64,000 nt of DNA from an uncultured Lentisphaerota bacterium (GTDB lineage Bacteria > Verrucomicrobiota > Kiritimatiellia > CAIQIC01), in assembly GCA_903889245.1 (NCBI GenBank), contig CAISWQ010000123.1, forward strand, positions 3,470 to 67,469. Direction: 5' to 3'. This document shows, piece by piece, positions 37,159 to 47,202 of the stretch (within the stretch, counting starts at the first letter, position 1; every line of letters starts with the position of its first letter). The notes under the pieces were generated by a model, which was not told the origin of the DNA, did not search any database, and worked only from the letters and a program-made list of their open reading frames with translations. The position numbers and the translations under genes are program-made.

Positions 37159-38802
37159 TTATTTGTTTTTCTTCCGCTCCGCCCGCGCCGCCTTCTTGGC
37201 CGGGCCGGTCGGTTCAGGATCGGTGAAGGGCGACCGCTCGAACGTCTGGCCGTCGCCGCAGACGCGCGGGTCGTTGGCCTCGGTCAAAATCTTCATCAGG
37301 CGCTCGGAGAGTTCGCGCCTGACCTCGGCATAGGCGGTGTTGGTCGCCACGTTGACCGTCTCGTCGGGATCGTTACGCAGATCAAACAGCTCCTCCGCCG
37401 GCCGCTTGGCGAAGGCATAGTCGAAGTGCCACGCCCACTCCGGCAGGCCAAACTGCCGGACCAGCCAGGTCTTCGTCGGGCTGGCATCCATGTCGGCGAA
37501 CGCGGCAAAGGTATTGTGCTCCAGCGGCGGAATGGTCTCGCGGCTGGTGAAGTTCGGCGTGCCCATCGGCCAGCGGTCCGGCGCGAAGTTGCGGACCAAG
37601 AGGAAGTCGCGCGTGCGCAGCGAGCGCTGCGGGTACGGCAGGTTGCCCTCGCGCGCCGCCGCGACGTGCCGCTCGCGGCCGGTGACGACGCCCGTGCGCG
37701 TGGGGTCCACCAGCCCCGCGCGGTCGGAGGTGAGCACGTTCAGGATGCTGCGGCCGGTCATGACGGTCGGCGGCTTGACGCCGCCGGCTTCGCAGAAGGT
37801 CGGCGCGAGGTCCATCAGGTTCACGAAATCATCCACCACGCGCCCGCCCTTGATGCCCGGCCCGCGCGCGAGCAGCGCGACGGCGACGCCGTGGTCATAG
37901 AGGTTACACTTGCCACCGGGGACGCCGGGCATGCCGTGGTCGCCGCTGATGACGAGCAGCGTGTTATCGAGTTCGCCAAGCTCGCGCAGGCGCTCGATGA
38001 TGACGCCGACCCCGGCGTCCCACGCCTGGATTTCGCCCATGTAGTCGGTGACATCGGCGCGCACCTCGGGCACGTCGGGCATGAACTTCGGCAACCGGCC
38101 CTTGAGCGCGTTGGGTTCGAGGCCCCAGAGCGCCTGGCCGGAATCCTTCTCGTAGGCGCGGTGCGTCAGCGTCGGCCCGAACCAGTAGCAGAGCGGCTGG
38201 CCCGGTTTGCGGTCGGCGAGGAACGCGTTGAAATTGTCGCGCACCTGGCCGAGCATCTTCGCCTTCGCGTCGGCGAAGCTCATGCCGCCGCGGACGAGCG
38301 CGGTGACGTTCTCGGAGAAGTTGTTGTAGTCGCGGCCGGCTTTTTCATAGGCGTGCTGCTGGCCGCCGTAGGGCGCGTCCGCGGGTGTGCCGGGGCTCCA
38401 ACACTTGTAGCTCTTGCCGAGGTGATAGCCGGCGTCGCGCAGCAGCAGCGGATAGCTGGGGATGCTGGCGTCCCACTGCGCGCCCTGCAAAATCGCGCCG
38501 CGGCCCGTGCGGAAGAAATACTGGCCGGAGAGCAGCGAGCTGCGGCACGGCGTACAGCTCGGCGCGGTGACGAACGCATGGCGGAACAACACGCCCTCGC
38601 GCGCGACGCGGTCGAGGTGCGGCGTGGTCAGCAGCGCGTTGAGCGTCGGTCGCGTGTCGAGTGCCGCGTAGCAGTTCGCGTAGCGGCCCCAGTCATCGGC
38701 GAAACAGAAGACGATGTTCGGCTTCTTGTCCGCGGCGCCAGCCGCGACGGCCAGCAGCCAGCCGCACAACCACGCGCCAGTTTTTCCCAGTGATGTCTGC
38801 AT
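37159..38802 (-). CDS. Sulfatase (sulfamidase-like)
   Basis: PNIVFCFADDWG, CTPCRSSLLSG, GDHGMP; SD GGAGGA. Confidence 0.92.
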   Translation of the reverse strand: MQTSLGKTGAWLCGWLLAVAAGAADKKPNIVFCFADDWGRYANCYAALDTRPTLNALLTTPHLDRVAREGVLFRHAFVTAPSCTPCRSSLLSGQYFFRTGRGAILQGAQWDASIPSYPLLLRDAGYHLGKSYKCWSPGTPADAPYGGQQHAYEKAGRDYNNFSENVTALVRGGMSFADAKAKMLGQVRDNFNAFLADRKPGQPLCYWFGPTLTHRAYEKDSGQALWGLEPNALKGRLPKFMPDVPEVRADVTDYMGEIQAWDAGVGVIIERLRELGELDNTLLVISGDHGMPGVPGGKCNLYDHGVAVALLARGPGIKGGRVVDDFVNLMDLAPTFCEAGGVKPPTVMTGRSILNVLTSDRAGLVDPTRTGVVTGRERHVAAAREGNLPYPQRSLRTRDFLLVRNFAPDRWPMGTPNFTSRETIPPLEHNTFAAFADMDASPTKTWLVRQFGLPEWAWHFDYAFAKRPAEELFDLRNDPDETVNVATNTAYAEVRRELSERLMKILTEANDPRVCGDGQTFERSPFTDPEPTGPAKKAARAERKKNK

Positions 38803-38816
38803 GCGTTCCTCCCGTT

Positions 38817-40277
38817 TCACTGCGGCCGCGCCGCCTGCCAGCCGCCGCGCAGCAGCGCCTTGAGTTCCTGGACCACGGCCGCGTACTTGGGCTCGGCGGC
38901 GAGGTTGCGCAGCTCCCGCGGGTCCGTGGTGTGGTCATAAAGTTCCGCGCCGTCCTGGCCCTCGTTCCACTCGGTGTAGCGGTAACGCTCGGTGCGCACG
39001 CTGCGGCCGAGTGCGGCCGCCGCCTTCCCCTTCTTGCCATCAATGCGCCCACCCTTGCGGCCGTGGATCACCTGCGTGAACGCGCCCTGCTTCCATGCGC
39101 GCGCGGGTTCATCGAGCAGCGGGCGCAGGCTGGTGCCTTCGAGGTCCGCGGGTGCCTTCAGCCCGCACAGGTCGGCGAGCGTCGGATAGACGTCCACCAG
39201 TTCCGCGAGCCGGCCGGTCGCCTGACCCGCCGCCTTCATCCCCGGCGCAGCGATGATCAGCGGGACGCGCGCGGCCTCCTCGAAGACGGTCATCTTCTGC
39301 CACTGCCCGTGCTCGCCGAGGTGATAGCCGTGATCGCTGATGAACACCACGACCGTGTTCTGCGCGAGGCCCTGTTTCTCCAGTTCGTCGAGTACGATGC
39401 CGAACTGCGTATCCATGAAGCTGACCGACGCGAGATAGGCCTGCTTCACGGTGCGTTGCTGCGCCTCGTCCATGCCGTAGTGCGGCGGCGTCACGGTCAG
39501 CGCGGCGGCGGGCTTGCCCTCGCGGTCGCCGGCGGGCACCTGCGCGAGCGCGAGCTGCTCCTGCGGATAGAGGCCGAAATATTTTTTCGGCGAGACGTAG
39601 GGCGTGTGCGGGCGGAAGAAGCCGACGGCGAGGAAGAACGGCTTGTCCTTGTGCTCGCGCAGCAGGCGGCAGGCCTCGCGCGCGATCTTGCCATCGGTCT
39701 GCTCGATGTCGTCGCCCTCGGCGGCGAGCCAGCTCAACGTGCCGCCGTAGTTGCCCGTGCCGCGCGCGACCGTGGCCTTCTCGCCGGTGATGATGCTGAA
39801 AATCTTATCCTCGTCGTCGCAGTCGCGGCCGCGCGGGTTGTAGCGCTCTTCCCACGAAACCGGATCATCGAGGCCATCGGTGCCGATCTGCTTGGGCACG
39901 CCGTAGTGATAGAGCTTGCCGACGCGCGCGACGAAGTAGCCGTTGTTCTTGAAGAGCTGCGGCAGCGTCACGGTCTGCGGCCGCACGTCGCGGAAGAAGG
40001 TCTGGTTCTCGCTGACCTTCGTCGTGTCCGGGCGTAGGCCGGTGAGGAACGAGGCACGGCTGGGATTGCAGAGCGGATATTGGCAATAGGCGCGGTCGAA
40101 GCGCAGGCCGCGCTGCGCGAGCCGGTCAATCTTCGGCGTCAGCGCCGGCGCGCCGTAGCAGCCCTGCACGGCGCGGCAGTCGTCGGAGACCAGCAGCAGC
40201 ACGTTCGGCGGCTGCGCGGACACCGCGCCCATCGCCGCCACCAGCACCGTGACAAGACAACCGAGCCTGTGTTTCAT
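38817..40277 (-). CDS. Sulfatase (iduronate-2-sulfatase-like)
   Basis: CNPSRASFLTG, GKLYH, GFFRPHTPY, SDHGYHLGEH. Confidence 0.92.
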   Translation of the reverse strand: MKHRLGCLVTVLVAAMGAVSAQPPNVLLLVSDDCRAVQGCYGAPALTPKIDRLAQRGLRFDRAYCQYPLCNPSRASFLTGLRPDTTKVSENQTFFRDVRPQTVTLPQLFKNNGYFVARVGKLYHYGVPKQIGTDGLDDPVSWEERYNPRGRDCDDEDKIFSIITGEKATVARGTGNYGGTLSWLAAEGDDIEQTDGKIAREACRLLREHKDKPFFLAVGFFRPHTPYVSPKKYFGLYPQEQLALAQVPAGDREGKPAAALTVTPPHYGMDEAQQRTVKQAYLASVSFMDTQFGIVLDELEKQGLAQNTVVVFISDHGYHLGEHGQWQKMTVFEEAARVPLIIAAPGMKAAGQATGRLAELVDVYPTLADLCGLKAPADLEGTSLRPLLDEPARAWKQGAFTQVIHGRKGGRIDGKKGKAAAALGRSVRTERYRYTEWNEGQDGAELYDHTTDPRELRNLAAEPKYAAVVQELKALLRGGWQAARPQ

Positions 40278-40415
40278 GCTTCGCTCCCTCTGCCTCGATG
40301 AACGGCCAGACGGCGCGAAAAGTATCATGGTTCCGCGCCGGATGCCGGTCCTTTTTCGCGCCTTGACACGAACGCCTGACGGCGTTACACACCGCACCAT
40401 GTTACGGGGTGCCGG

Positions 40416-41414
40416 ATGAATACAACCAAGGTGCGCAGCCGTGGAGGGATGGTCTGGTTCGCGGGCCTGTTCGGTCTGGTCCTCGCCGCGCAGGCGATCA
40501 CCACCAACGACGTCGGCTACCTGCGCCTGACGTTCTATAACAACGGCGAGGGCGATGGCAGCGGCAAGACCGGCCAGCAGGATTGGAGCGAGGTCCAGGT
40601 CAACGACATGGTCGCCTCCGCGCAGGCGTGGGCGAACATCCTCGGCAACACCGCCGGCCGCATGGTGGATGTCCACTGCTTCTGGACCAACTTCTCCGGC
40701 TCCATTCTCGGCGGCGCCTCCAGCCCCTACGTGGGCAACTACGTCAACGCGCAGACCTACACCGAATATGTCTGGCGCAACGGCGTGAACTACACCCGGC
40801 CGGGCGGCTCTTATGCGGACTGCACCATCACCTATGACATGGACGCCGCCGGCTTCGCCTGGAATTTCGGCAGCGACGCGCCGACCGGTTCGGAGATTGA
40901 TTTCCGCAGCGTCGTCACCCACGAAATCGGCCACGCCGTCGGCTTCACGAGCACCTACATCAGCAGCACTGACAAGTGGTGGCTCGGCGGCATCACCGCG
41001 TGGGACAGTTGGCTGCGCGACGACGCCGGCAACGCGCCGCTGGCCAACTCCACCGGCACACCCGGCAACTTCACCCAGGTTGATGATCCGATCTGGTTCA
41101 CCGGCCCGAACGCCTTCGCGGCCAACGGCGGCGCCAACGTGCCGGTCTATGCGCCCACGACCTACGCCGCCGGCTCATCGCTCACGCACCTGAACGAGAG
41201 CAGCTATCCCAGCACCTTGATGACGCCGGGTGTCGGGCTGGGCGAAATGGTCCGCACCATCAGCGCCGTGGAGGAGGGGGTGCTGCTCGACCTTGGCTGG
41301 AATGTCATCCCCGAACCCGCCACGCTTTCGCTTTGTGTGCTGTTGCTCGGCGGCGGACTGGCCGCGCGCCGCATCCGCCGCGCCGTGCGCGCCCCGCCCC
41401 CGCCCCGCGCCTGA
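40416..41414 (+). CDS. PEP-CTERM surface protein with zincin-type HExxH metalloprotease motif
   Basis: Signal peptide; VTHEIGHAVGF; GSSLTHL...LMTP; C-terminal IPEPATLSL...RRIRR. Confidence 0.82.
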   Translation: MNTTKVRSRGGMVWFAGLFGLVLAAQAITTNDVGYLRLTFYNNGEGDGSGKTGQQDWSEVQVNDMVASAQAWANILGNTAGRMVDVHCFWTNFSGSILGGASSPYVGNYVNAQTYTEYVWRNGVNYTRPGGSYADCTITYDMDAAGFAWNFGSDAPTGSEIDFRSVVTHEIGHAVGFTSTYISSTDKWWLGGITAWDSWLRDDAGNAPLANSTGTPGNFTQVDDPIWFTGPNAFAANGGANVPVYAPTTYAAGSSLTHLNESSYPSTLMTPGVGLGEMVRTISAVEEGVLLDLGWNVIPEPATLSLCVLLLGGGLAARRIRRAVRAPPPPRA

Positions 41415-41419
41415 TTTTT

Positions 41420-41497
41420 TTCCAAGGCCCGGAAAATCTTCCGTGAAATTTTCCAATGCCTGGAAAAACCGCCGGTTCCCATTTCCAATCCTTGGAA
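41420..41497. repeat. Three-unit TTCCAA-N3-TTGGAA array
   Basis: Units at 41420, 41451, 41483. Confidence 0.92.
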
Positions 41498-41499
41498 AC

Positions 41500-41646
41500 T
41501 GTAGCGGCGGCCTATGGCCGCCGACGGCGACCACAGGTCGCCGCTACAGAAGAAGATGCCGGGGCGGACTTGTCCGCCGGCGGCGGAGATCCGGCCTACA
41601 AATGGGCTTGGTCACCAGCTTCTGTAGGCCGAGTCTCTGACTCGGC
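41500..41646. repeat. GTAG-type REP-like palindromes (two inverted pairs)
   Basis: tgtagcggcggcctatggccgccg / cggcgaccacaggtcgccgctaca; ccggcctaca / tgtaggccgagtctctgactcggc. Confidence 0.72.
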
Positions 41647-41666
41647 GGTTGGCAACTTTAGCCGCG

Positions 41667-42884
41667 TCACGGCGCGGGGAGCGGCTCGAGGCGGCCGAAC
41701 ATGATGCGCTCCTTGCGCGAGGCGTCGCGGTCGCCCTGCGTCACGGTCAGGTAGATGATCTCGTTGTGCTTGCGGAAGGTCGGATACTGGAAAGATTTTT
41801 CCGTCTCGAAGCGATACTTGCGCTCCCACGTCTGGCCGTCGCGCGAAACATCGAGGTTGAACACCGAGCGGTTGACACCGCCGATGCGCGTGCGCTCCTG
41901 CCAGCCGAGGTAATAGACGCCGCCGAAGCGGTCGAACGTGGGCTTGGAGTTCGCGCCGTTGGCGACGCAAGGCAACTCGCGGCCCACGGTCCACGTCTGG
42001 CCGTCGGCGCTGGAGGTGAAGTGGTAGTTGCCCTTGTCGTTGCGGCAGATCGCCAGCCACGTGCCGTCGGGCAGGCGGTTCACGGCGGACTCGGAAAGCT
42101 GCGCGGTCTGCGGCTCGTTGTAGTGGCCGAGCACCTCGAAGGTGGCAAGGTCGTCGTGGACCAGCGCCAGCGCGTTCTGGCCGGCGGGGAAGTTGTTGAG
42201 CGCCACGTAGAGCCGGCCATCGAAGCGCTTGAACGAATCGAACAGATAGAGGCCGTGATCCTTCGGCGGCCGCTTGAAGCCGTGGGCCGCGGCGTCGGCG
42301 TGGAAATACTGCGGCTGCATATCGAAAGTGCCGGCGGCGGTTTTCAGGCGTGCCTTGTGCACCTGCTTCTCGAACGTGACGGTGGCGAGGTCGAAGTCGA
42401 GGAACCACGTCTGCGCCTGGCCTTTGCCCGGATGCTCCACCGCGAAGTAGCAGCGCAGCGTGGTGGCGTCCTTCTGGAGGATACGCGGCACAAAGCATGC
42501 GCCCCGCGGGAGCGTGATATTCCCGAACGCCTGCTCGCCACGCGCGAACGGGATGATCTGCTCCACCGCCAGCGTCTGGAGATTCACGATGGACAGTGCG
42601 CAATAAATTTCTGGCCAGCCCGCGCTCTCGCCGGCGCGCCTGCCGTTGACTTCGGCCACGACATAGGCGCGGCCGTTCGCGAGCGCCAGCTCCGCATCGT
42701 GTGCGCCCTTGACCTGCGGCGCGGTGATGCACACGAGGCCCGCCAACACCTTGTCGGCCGCCTGCTTCGCGTCCCAGCCCGCCGGCAGCAGCCCGGCGTC
42801 CGCGGGCCCGCCGGTAAGAAAAGCGGACACGACGAGAAACAAGATGAACCTCGGAATATTTTGTATGGCGGCGGCTGGTTGCAT
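41667..42884 (-). CDS. Sialidase-like BNR/Asp-box beta-propeller protein
   Basis: Asp-boxes SADGQTW and SRDGQTW, SESAV, FQYP. Confidence 0.75.
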   Translation of the reverse strand: MQPAAAIQNIPRFILFLVVSAFLTGGPADAGLLPAGWDAKQAADKVLAGLVCITAPQVKGAHDAELALANGRAYVVAEVNGRRAGESAGWPEIYCALSIVNLQTLAVEQIIPFARGEQAFGNITLPRGACFVPRILQKDATTLRCYFAVEHPGKGQAQTWFLDFDLATVTFEKQVHKARLKTAAGTFDMQPQYFHADAAAHGFKRPPKDHGLYLFDSFKRFDGRLYVALNNFPAGQNALALVHDDLATFEVLGHYNEPQTAQLSESAVNRLPDGTWLAICRNDKGNYHFTSSADGQTWTVGRELPCVANGANSKPTFDRFGGVYYLGWQERTRIGGVNRSVFNLDVSRDGQTWERKYRFETEKSFQYPTFRKHNEIIYLTVTQGDRDASRKERIMFGRLEPLPAP

Positions 42885-42891
42885 ATGCCCC

Positions 42892-43887
42892 TCACCTGTT
42901 CAGCGCTGTGCCCAGTCCCAGTTCCCGGGCGTTGGCCAGCGCGCGGGCGGCGGCGCACAAGTCCTGGATGGCCACGCCGACGGATTTAAAGAAGGTGATT
43001 TCGTCCGCCGCGGTCCGGCCCGGTTTCTGGCCCAGGACCAGTTGGCCGAGTTCGGTCCTGAAATGCGCCTCATCAATCAAACTGGCGCGTAACGGCAGCA
43101 GCAGGTCGCCCGCTTCCTCCATGGCCGAGGCGAGATGGTCCACCACCACGCGGGCGCGGCAGACCGTCGCCGCCGGCACCTCGGCCCGGTCGGGATGAAA
43201 GACGCCGATGGCGTTGAGGTGCGTACCGGGCCGGACGTCGCGGTCGTCGAAGACCGGCGCGGCGGCGGTCGTCGCCGCGCAGATGATATCGGCCTCCGCC
43301 AACGCGGCAGCGGGCGACGTGGCGACCACGATGGGCAAGCCGAGCTGCTGCTGCATCTCGGCGGCGAAGCGCGCGGCGGATTCCGGAAGGCTATCGAACA
43401 CCCAGGCCCGTTCGATCCGCCGGACACAGGCGACCGCTTCCAACTGCGTTCGCGCCTGCACACCCGACCCGACAATCGCCACGGTGGTCGCGTCCGGTCG
43501 CGCGAGCAGGTCGGTGGCCAGCCCCGAGGCCGCGCCGGTGCGGAGGGCGGTCAGGCTGGCACCATCCATGACGGCCAGCGGCTCGCCGGTGGTGCCATCG
43601 GCGAGCATCACGGTGGATTGAATCACGGGCAAGCCCTGCTGCGGATTGCGGCCGAACAGGGTGATGAACTTCAGCGCGAAAAGTTTCTGCGCGGCCGAGT
43701 GGCACGGCATGACGAGCGCCACGCCCTGCTCGCCGGGCGCATCCAGACGCAACCGTGGCGGCAGCGTCACCTCGCCGCGCGCGAGTTGCGCGAACGCGTC
43801 GCGCATGGCGGCGATGGCCTCGCGCATCGGCAACGCGCGGCGGACATCGGCGGCCGCCAGATGGAGCATGGTGGTGGGCGTTTTCAT
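42892..43887 (-). CDS. Ornithine cyclodeaminase / mu-crystallin family protein
   Basis: LTALRTGAASG, GSGVQA, FKSVGVAIQD. Confidence 0.92.
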   Translation of the reverse strand: MKTPTTMLHLAAADVRRALPMREAIAAMRDAFAQLARGEVTLPPRLRLDAPGEQGVALVMPCHSAAQKLFALKFITLFGRNPQQGLPVIQSTVMLADGTTGEPLAVMDGASLTALRTGAASGLATDLLARPDATTVAIVGSGVQARTQLEAVACVRRIERAWVFDSLPESAARFAAEMQQQLGLPIVVATSPAAALAEADIICAATTAAAPVFDDRDVRPGTHLNAIGVFHPDRAEVPAATVCRARVVVDHLASAMEEAGDLLLPLRASLIDEAHFRTELGQLVLGQKPGRTAADEITFFKSVGVAIQDLCAAARALANARELGLGTALNR

Positions 43888-45440
43888 AAACAGGCGGCAC
43901 AACCGGGTTTCAGTTTCCGCGCGGCCGGCGTGACGGCGAGCCCGCCCTGCGAGGTGCAGCGCAGTTCCGGCGGCAGCGCGCGGCCGACGGCATAGACCGC
44001 GTCAATGGTCTCATCGAGCGGGATGAGGTTCGGGTAGCCGCCGAGCACGAGATCGGCGTTGAGGAAGGCGTTCGCGGCGGCAGCGGCGTTGCGCGTATGG
44101 CAGGGAATTTCCACCGTGCCATGCAGCAGGTCGCAGATGGAGCCCATCGTGTTCTGGAACGAGATCGCCGCGGCGTCGCAGGCCTGCTGCGCGGTGCCGC
44201 CGAGCGCCTCCACGACGGCCGCGGCGGCCATCGCGCCGGCCGCGCCGATTTCCACCTGGCAGCCCGCGACCTCGGCGGCAAAGGTGGCGCGCTGCGCCAC
44301 GATCACGCCGATGGCGCCGGCGGCGAGCAGGGCGCGGCCGAGGTCGTCGCGCGTCAACTTCCGCTCCTCCGCCAGCGTCACCAGCGCGCCGGGGAGCACG
44401 CCGGCCGAGCCGCCGGTGGGCGCGGCGCAGACGACGCCCATCGCGCCATCCACGTGCATCACGGCCAGCGCGCGGGCCGCAGCGCGCGTGTGCAGGCTGC
44501 GCGTGGTCAGCCGGCCGGCGCCTTCTGCGTTGAAAATTTTTCCGGCGCAGGCGGGGAGCAGTTGCAAACCCCGGAAGTCGGTCGCCAGACCGCGCTCGAC
44601 GGCGCGGACCATGATGTCGTAGCGGCGCAACATCTCCGCCAGCACAGCGACCTCGCTGATGCCCAGCAACTGCGCCTCGTAGGCCAGCGCCACGCGGCCC
44701 AGGGAAAGCCCGCGTTGTCCGGCAACCGTCACCATCTCCGCGGCGCTCGCAAAAAGCGGCTGCCCGGTCTGCACGAAATAGACCGGCGCGGATTCCCAGA
44801 CCGCGGCGGCCAGCGCCTGGAATTTTTCTCGGGCTGCGGCCGATAGCTTCGTCCTGCGGCGCGCGCACATCTGCACATCCGCACCGCGCGCGGCACTGGC
44901 GGCACACTCCAGCAGGGCGCCATCCTCGGCGAGCAAGGCCTTGGCCGCAGCGGCAACTTTCGCCGGCAAGCTGACCAGCACCTCGAACGCCGCGCCGTTG
45001 AACAACACCGGGTGGTCTGCGACGCGGACAATCTCCACCTCGCCGCCGCCGATGGAGCGCGCCACGAGTGTGAGGCTGGTGCCGGCCGCCGCGGTGAGTT
45101 CCAACTCCACCGTATTCGGATGCCCGGCCCCGGCGAGCGGCCGGACCTCAAAACGCAGGTCCACACCCGCCGCCGCCGCATCCGGTAGCGCGGTGAAAAA
45201 TGACTCGTCGGTCAACGGCTTGCCCAGCAGGCCCATCGCGAAGCCACGGTCCGCGCCCTGGGCCGCGTAGGTGGCGGCGTAGGAGCCGGCCGGGTCGAAC
45301 GCGAGCACGGCCCACCGTGGCGCGCCGCCGAGGAGCGCGCGCGCCATGCTGCCGATATGGAACGCGCCGGCGGTGTGCGAACTCGAAGGTCCGCGCATCA
45401 CCGGGCCAAGCACGTGATTCAGAATGCTGATGGTTTTCAT
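43884..45440 (-). CDS. Fe-S L-serine ammonia-lyase, fused beta+alpha subunits
   Basis: GPSSSHTAG (beta), SIGGG, APTGGSAG, GCQVEIG, CD...VEIPC, LRCTSQGGLA (alpha). Confidence 0.88.
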   Translation of the reverse strand: MKTISILNHVLGPVMRGPSSSHTAGAFHIGSMARALLGGAPRWAVLAFDPAGSYAATYAAQGADRGFAMGLLGKPLTDESFFTALPDAAAAGVDLRFEVRPLAGAGHPNTVELELTAAAGTSLTLVARSIGGGEVEIVRVADHPVLFNGAAFEVLVSLPAKVAAAAKALLAEDGALLECAASAARGADVQMCARRRTKLSAAAREKFQALAAAVWESAPVYFVQTGQPLFASAAEMVTVAGQRGLSLGRVALAYEAQLLGISEVAVLAEMLRRYDIMVRAVERGLATDFRGLQLLPACAGKIFNAEGAGRLTTRSLHTRAAARALAVMHVDGAMGVVCAAPTGGSAGVLPGALVTLAEERKLTRDDLGRALLAAGAIGVIVAQRATFAAEVAGCQVEIGAAGAMAAAAVVEALGGTAQQACDAAAISFQNTMGSICDLLHGTVEIPCHTRNAAAAANAFLNADLVLGGYPNLIPLDETIDAVYAVGRALPPELRCTSQGGLAVTPAARKLKPGCAACL

Positions 45441-47185
45441 CGTTGCTCCAACCGCGCCCGCACCAGTTCGGGTAGGAACTTGACCGGCACCGCGCCCTCT
45501 TCCAGCACCGCCTGATGATAACGCCCCAGATCGAACTGCGCGCCCTGCTCCCGCTGGATGTGCTGGCGCAGCCGCGTGAGCGCCATGCGCCCGACGAAGT
45601 AGGTGGAAAGCTGGACGGAGCTTTGCTTGGCGCGGATGATTTTGAGCTGCGCCTCGCCCTCGGTTTGGAACACGTCTTCGGTGAGGAACCGCTGCGCTGC
45701 CTCGTCGGTCAGACCGTCGCAGTGCATCTGGTGGTCGAGGATCGTATTGGCCACCGCGCGCAGATAGAACTTGAGCCCGGTCAGCCGCAGCGCCGGGTCG
45801 CCGCCGCCATAGCCCTCGTCCAGCAGCATCTGCTCGCCATAGACGGCCCAGCCCTCGATATAGACATCGGAACCGCACGTCCGCCGGATGAGCGAGGGCT
45901 GCCGGTTGGCGTAATGGAACTGGACGAAATGGCCGGGATAGGCCTCGTGGATCGTCAGGATCTGCAGCATGCGCCGGTGATATTCCTGCACGAAACTCCG
46001 GATGCGCTCCGGCGACCAGTCATGCGGCGGCGGGCTGATGTTATAGAGGCTCGCCGTCTCCGGGTCCAGCGGCGGCGCGGGCTGCAGGTTGGCCGTGGAA
46101 TTTCCGCGCATGAACTCCGGCATCTCCATGACGCGGCAGCGGTCCGGCTCCGGCAGCGCCAGGAGTTTTTTCTCCGCGATGAACCGCTTCAGCTTGGCGA
46201 CCGTCGCCTGCGCCTCGCCGACGAGCTGCTGCGGCTCGGCATGATCGCGGGCGATGGCGCCCAGCACACGCTGCACCACCTCGCGCCGGCCCGCGGCGTC
46301 GTCGGGCGGCAGCGTGAGCGCCGGGAAATGGACGCACCACAGTTGGCGCGCGAGCACATACAGGTCGCGGCTGACGCGCTGGAACTCCGCCTCGGCCTCC
46401 CTCAAGGCCTCCTCCGCGGTGATGCCCGCCGCGATCTCCAGCTCGAATTTCTTCGCGAATTTTTCCCGGCCAAGCCGCCACTCGCCGGTGGCGCGCGGCA
46501 ACAGGTCCTCCTCCAGGAAGCGCTGGTGCCTGCGCAACGCCTCCACCACCCGTCCCGCCGCGGCCTTCAGCTCCGGCGTCACCGCTGACCGGCCCACCAG
46601 CGCAAACAGTTCCCGCTCATAGAAGCTGATCGCGCCACGGTTCTGCTTGATCGCCGTCTCGACCACGACGCGCGGCGGGTCGCGCAGGTTGGCGCGCGCC
46701 GCCTCCAGCACACGCGGAATCTCCGCCATCCGCGCCGTCGCGTTGGCGATGTTGGTGGCCATGGGCAACGAGGATTGCGTAAAGAGCACGAACACGCTGT
46801 CGGTGATGTACTCGCCATAGACGCGCGGATCGCGCTCGAACGCGCGGATATTTTCCGTCACCCACAGGCTGCGCTGAAGTTGATGGCGCAGGATTTCGAA
46901 ATCCACCTGCGCCGGCCGCGAGAGTTGCGCGTAGTCCACCGCGCGCGGCAATTCCTCCAGCGTGCGACGCTCATGTTCCAGCCAGCGCGCGCGGCCGGCG
47001 GCGGAGACATCGTCGAGCTGATGATCGAACCGGTGATCACCCAGCCGCGTCGCCGTCAACGGGCACAGGCGAAACTCCGCTTCCAGATGACGCTGATAAA
47101 ATTCGGTGAGCTTCAGATCCATGTCGGCGGCGGACGCCGGCAACGTCAATAGCCACGCTGTCGTGATGACCACTTTGAAGTTCAT
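45437..47185 (-). CDS. DUF885 family exported protein
   Basis: HEAYPGH, EGWAVYGE, YFVG; signal peptide. Confidence 0.88.
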   Translation of the reverse strand: MNFKVVITTAWLLTLPASAADMDLKLTEFYQRHLEAEFRLCPLTATRLGDHRFDHQLDDVSAAGRARWLEHERRTLEELPRAVDYAQLSRPAQVDFEILRHQLQRSLWVTENIRAFERDPRVYGEYITDSVFVLFTQSSLPMATNIANATARMAEIPRVLEAARANLRDPPRVVVETAIKQNRGAISFYERELFALVGRSAVTPELKAAAGRVVEALRRHQRFLEEDLLPRATGEWRLGREKFAKKFELEIAAGITAEEALREAEAEFQRVSRDLYVLARQLWCVHFPALTLPPDDAAGRREVVQRVLGAIARDHAEPQQLVGEAQATVAKLKRFIAEKKLLALPEPDRCRVMEMPEFMRGNSTANLQPAPPLDPETASLYNISPPPHDWSPERIRSFVQEYHRRMLQILTIHEAYPGHFVQFHYANRQPSLIRRTCGSDVYIEGWAVYGEQMLLDEGYGGGDPALRLTGLKFYLRAVANTILDHQMHCDGLTDEAAQRFLTEDVFQTEGEAQLKIIRAKQSSVQLSTYFVGRMALTRLRQHIQREQGAQFDLGRYHQAVLEEGAVPVKFLPELVRARLEQR

Positions 47186-47202
47186 CGGGCTCCAGTCACC
47201 AT

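Noticed and set aside
42845-42860. Possible palindrome half-site (ttccgaggtt, minus strand) in the sialidase-like signal peptide
   Set aside because: The match is too short to distinguish from chance.
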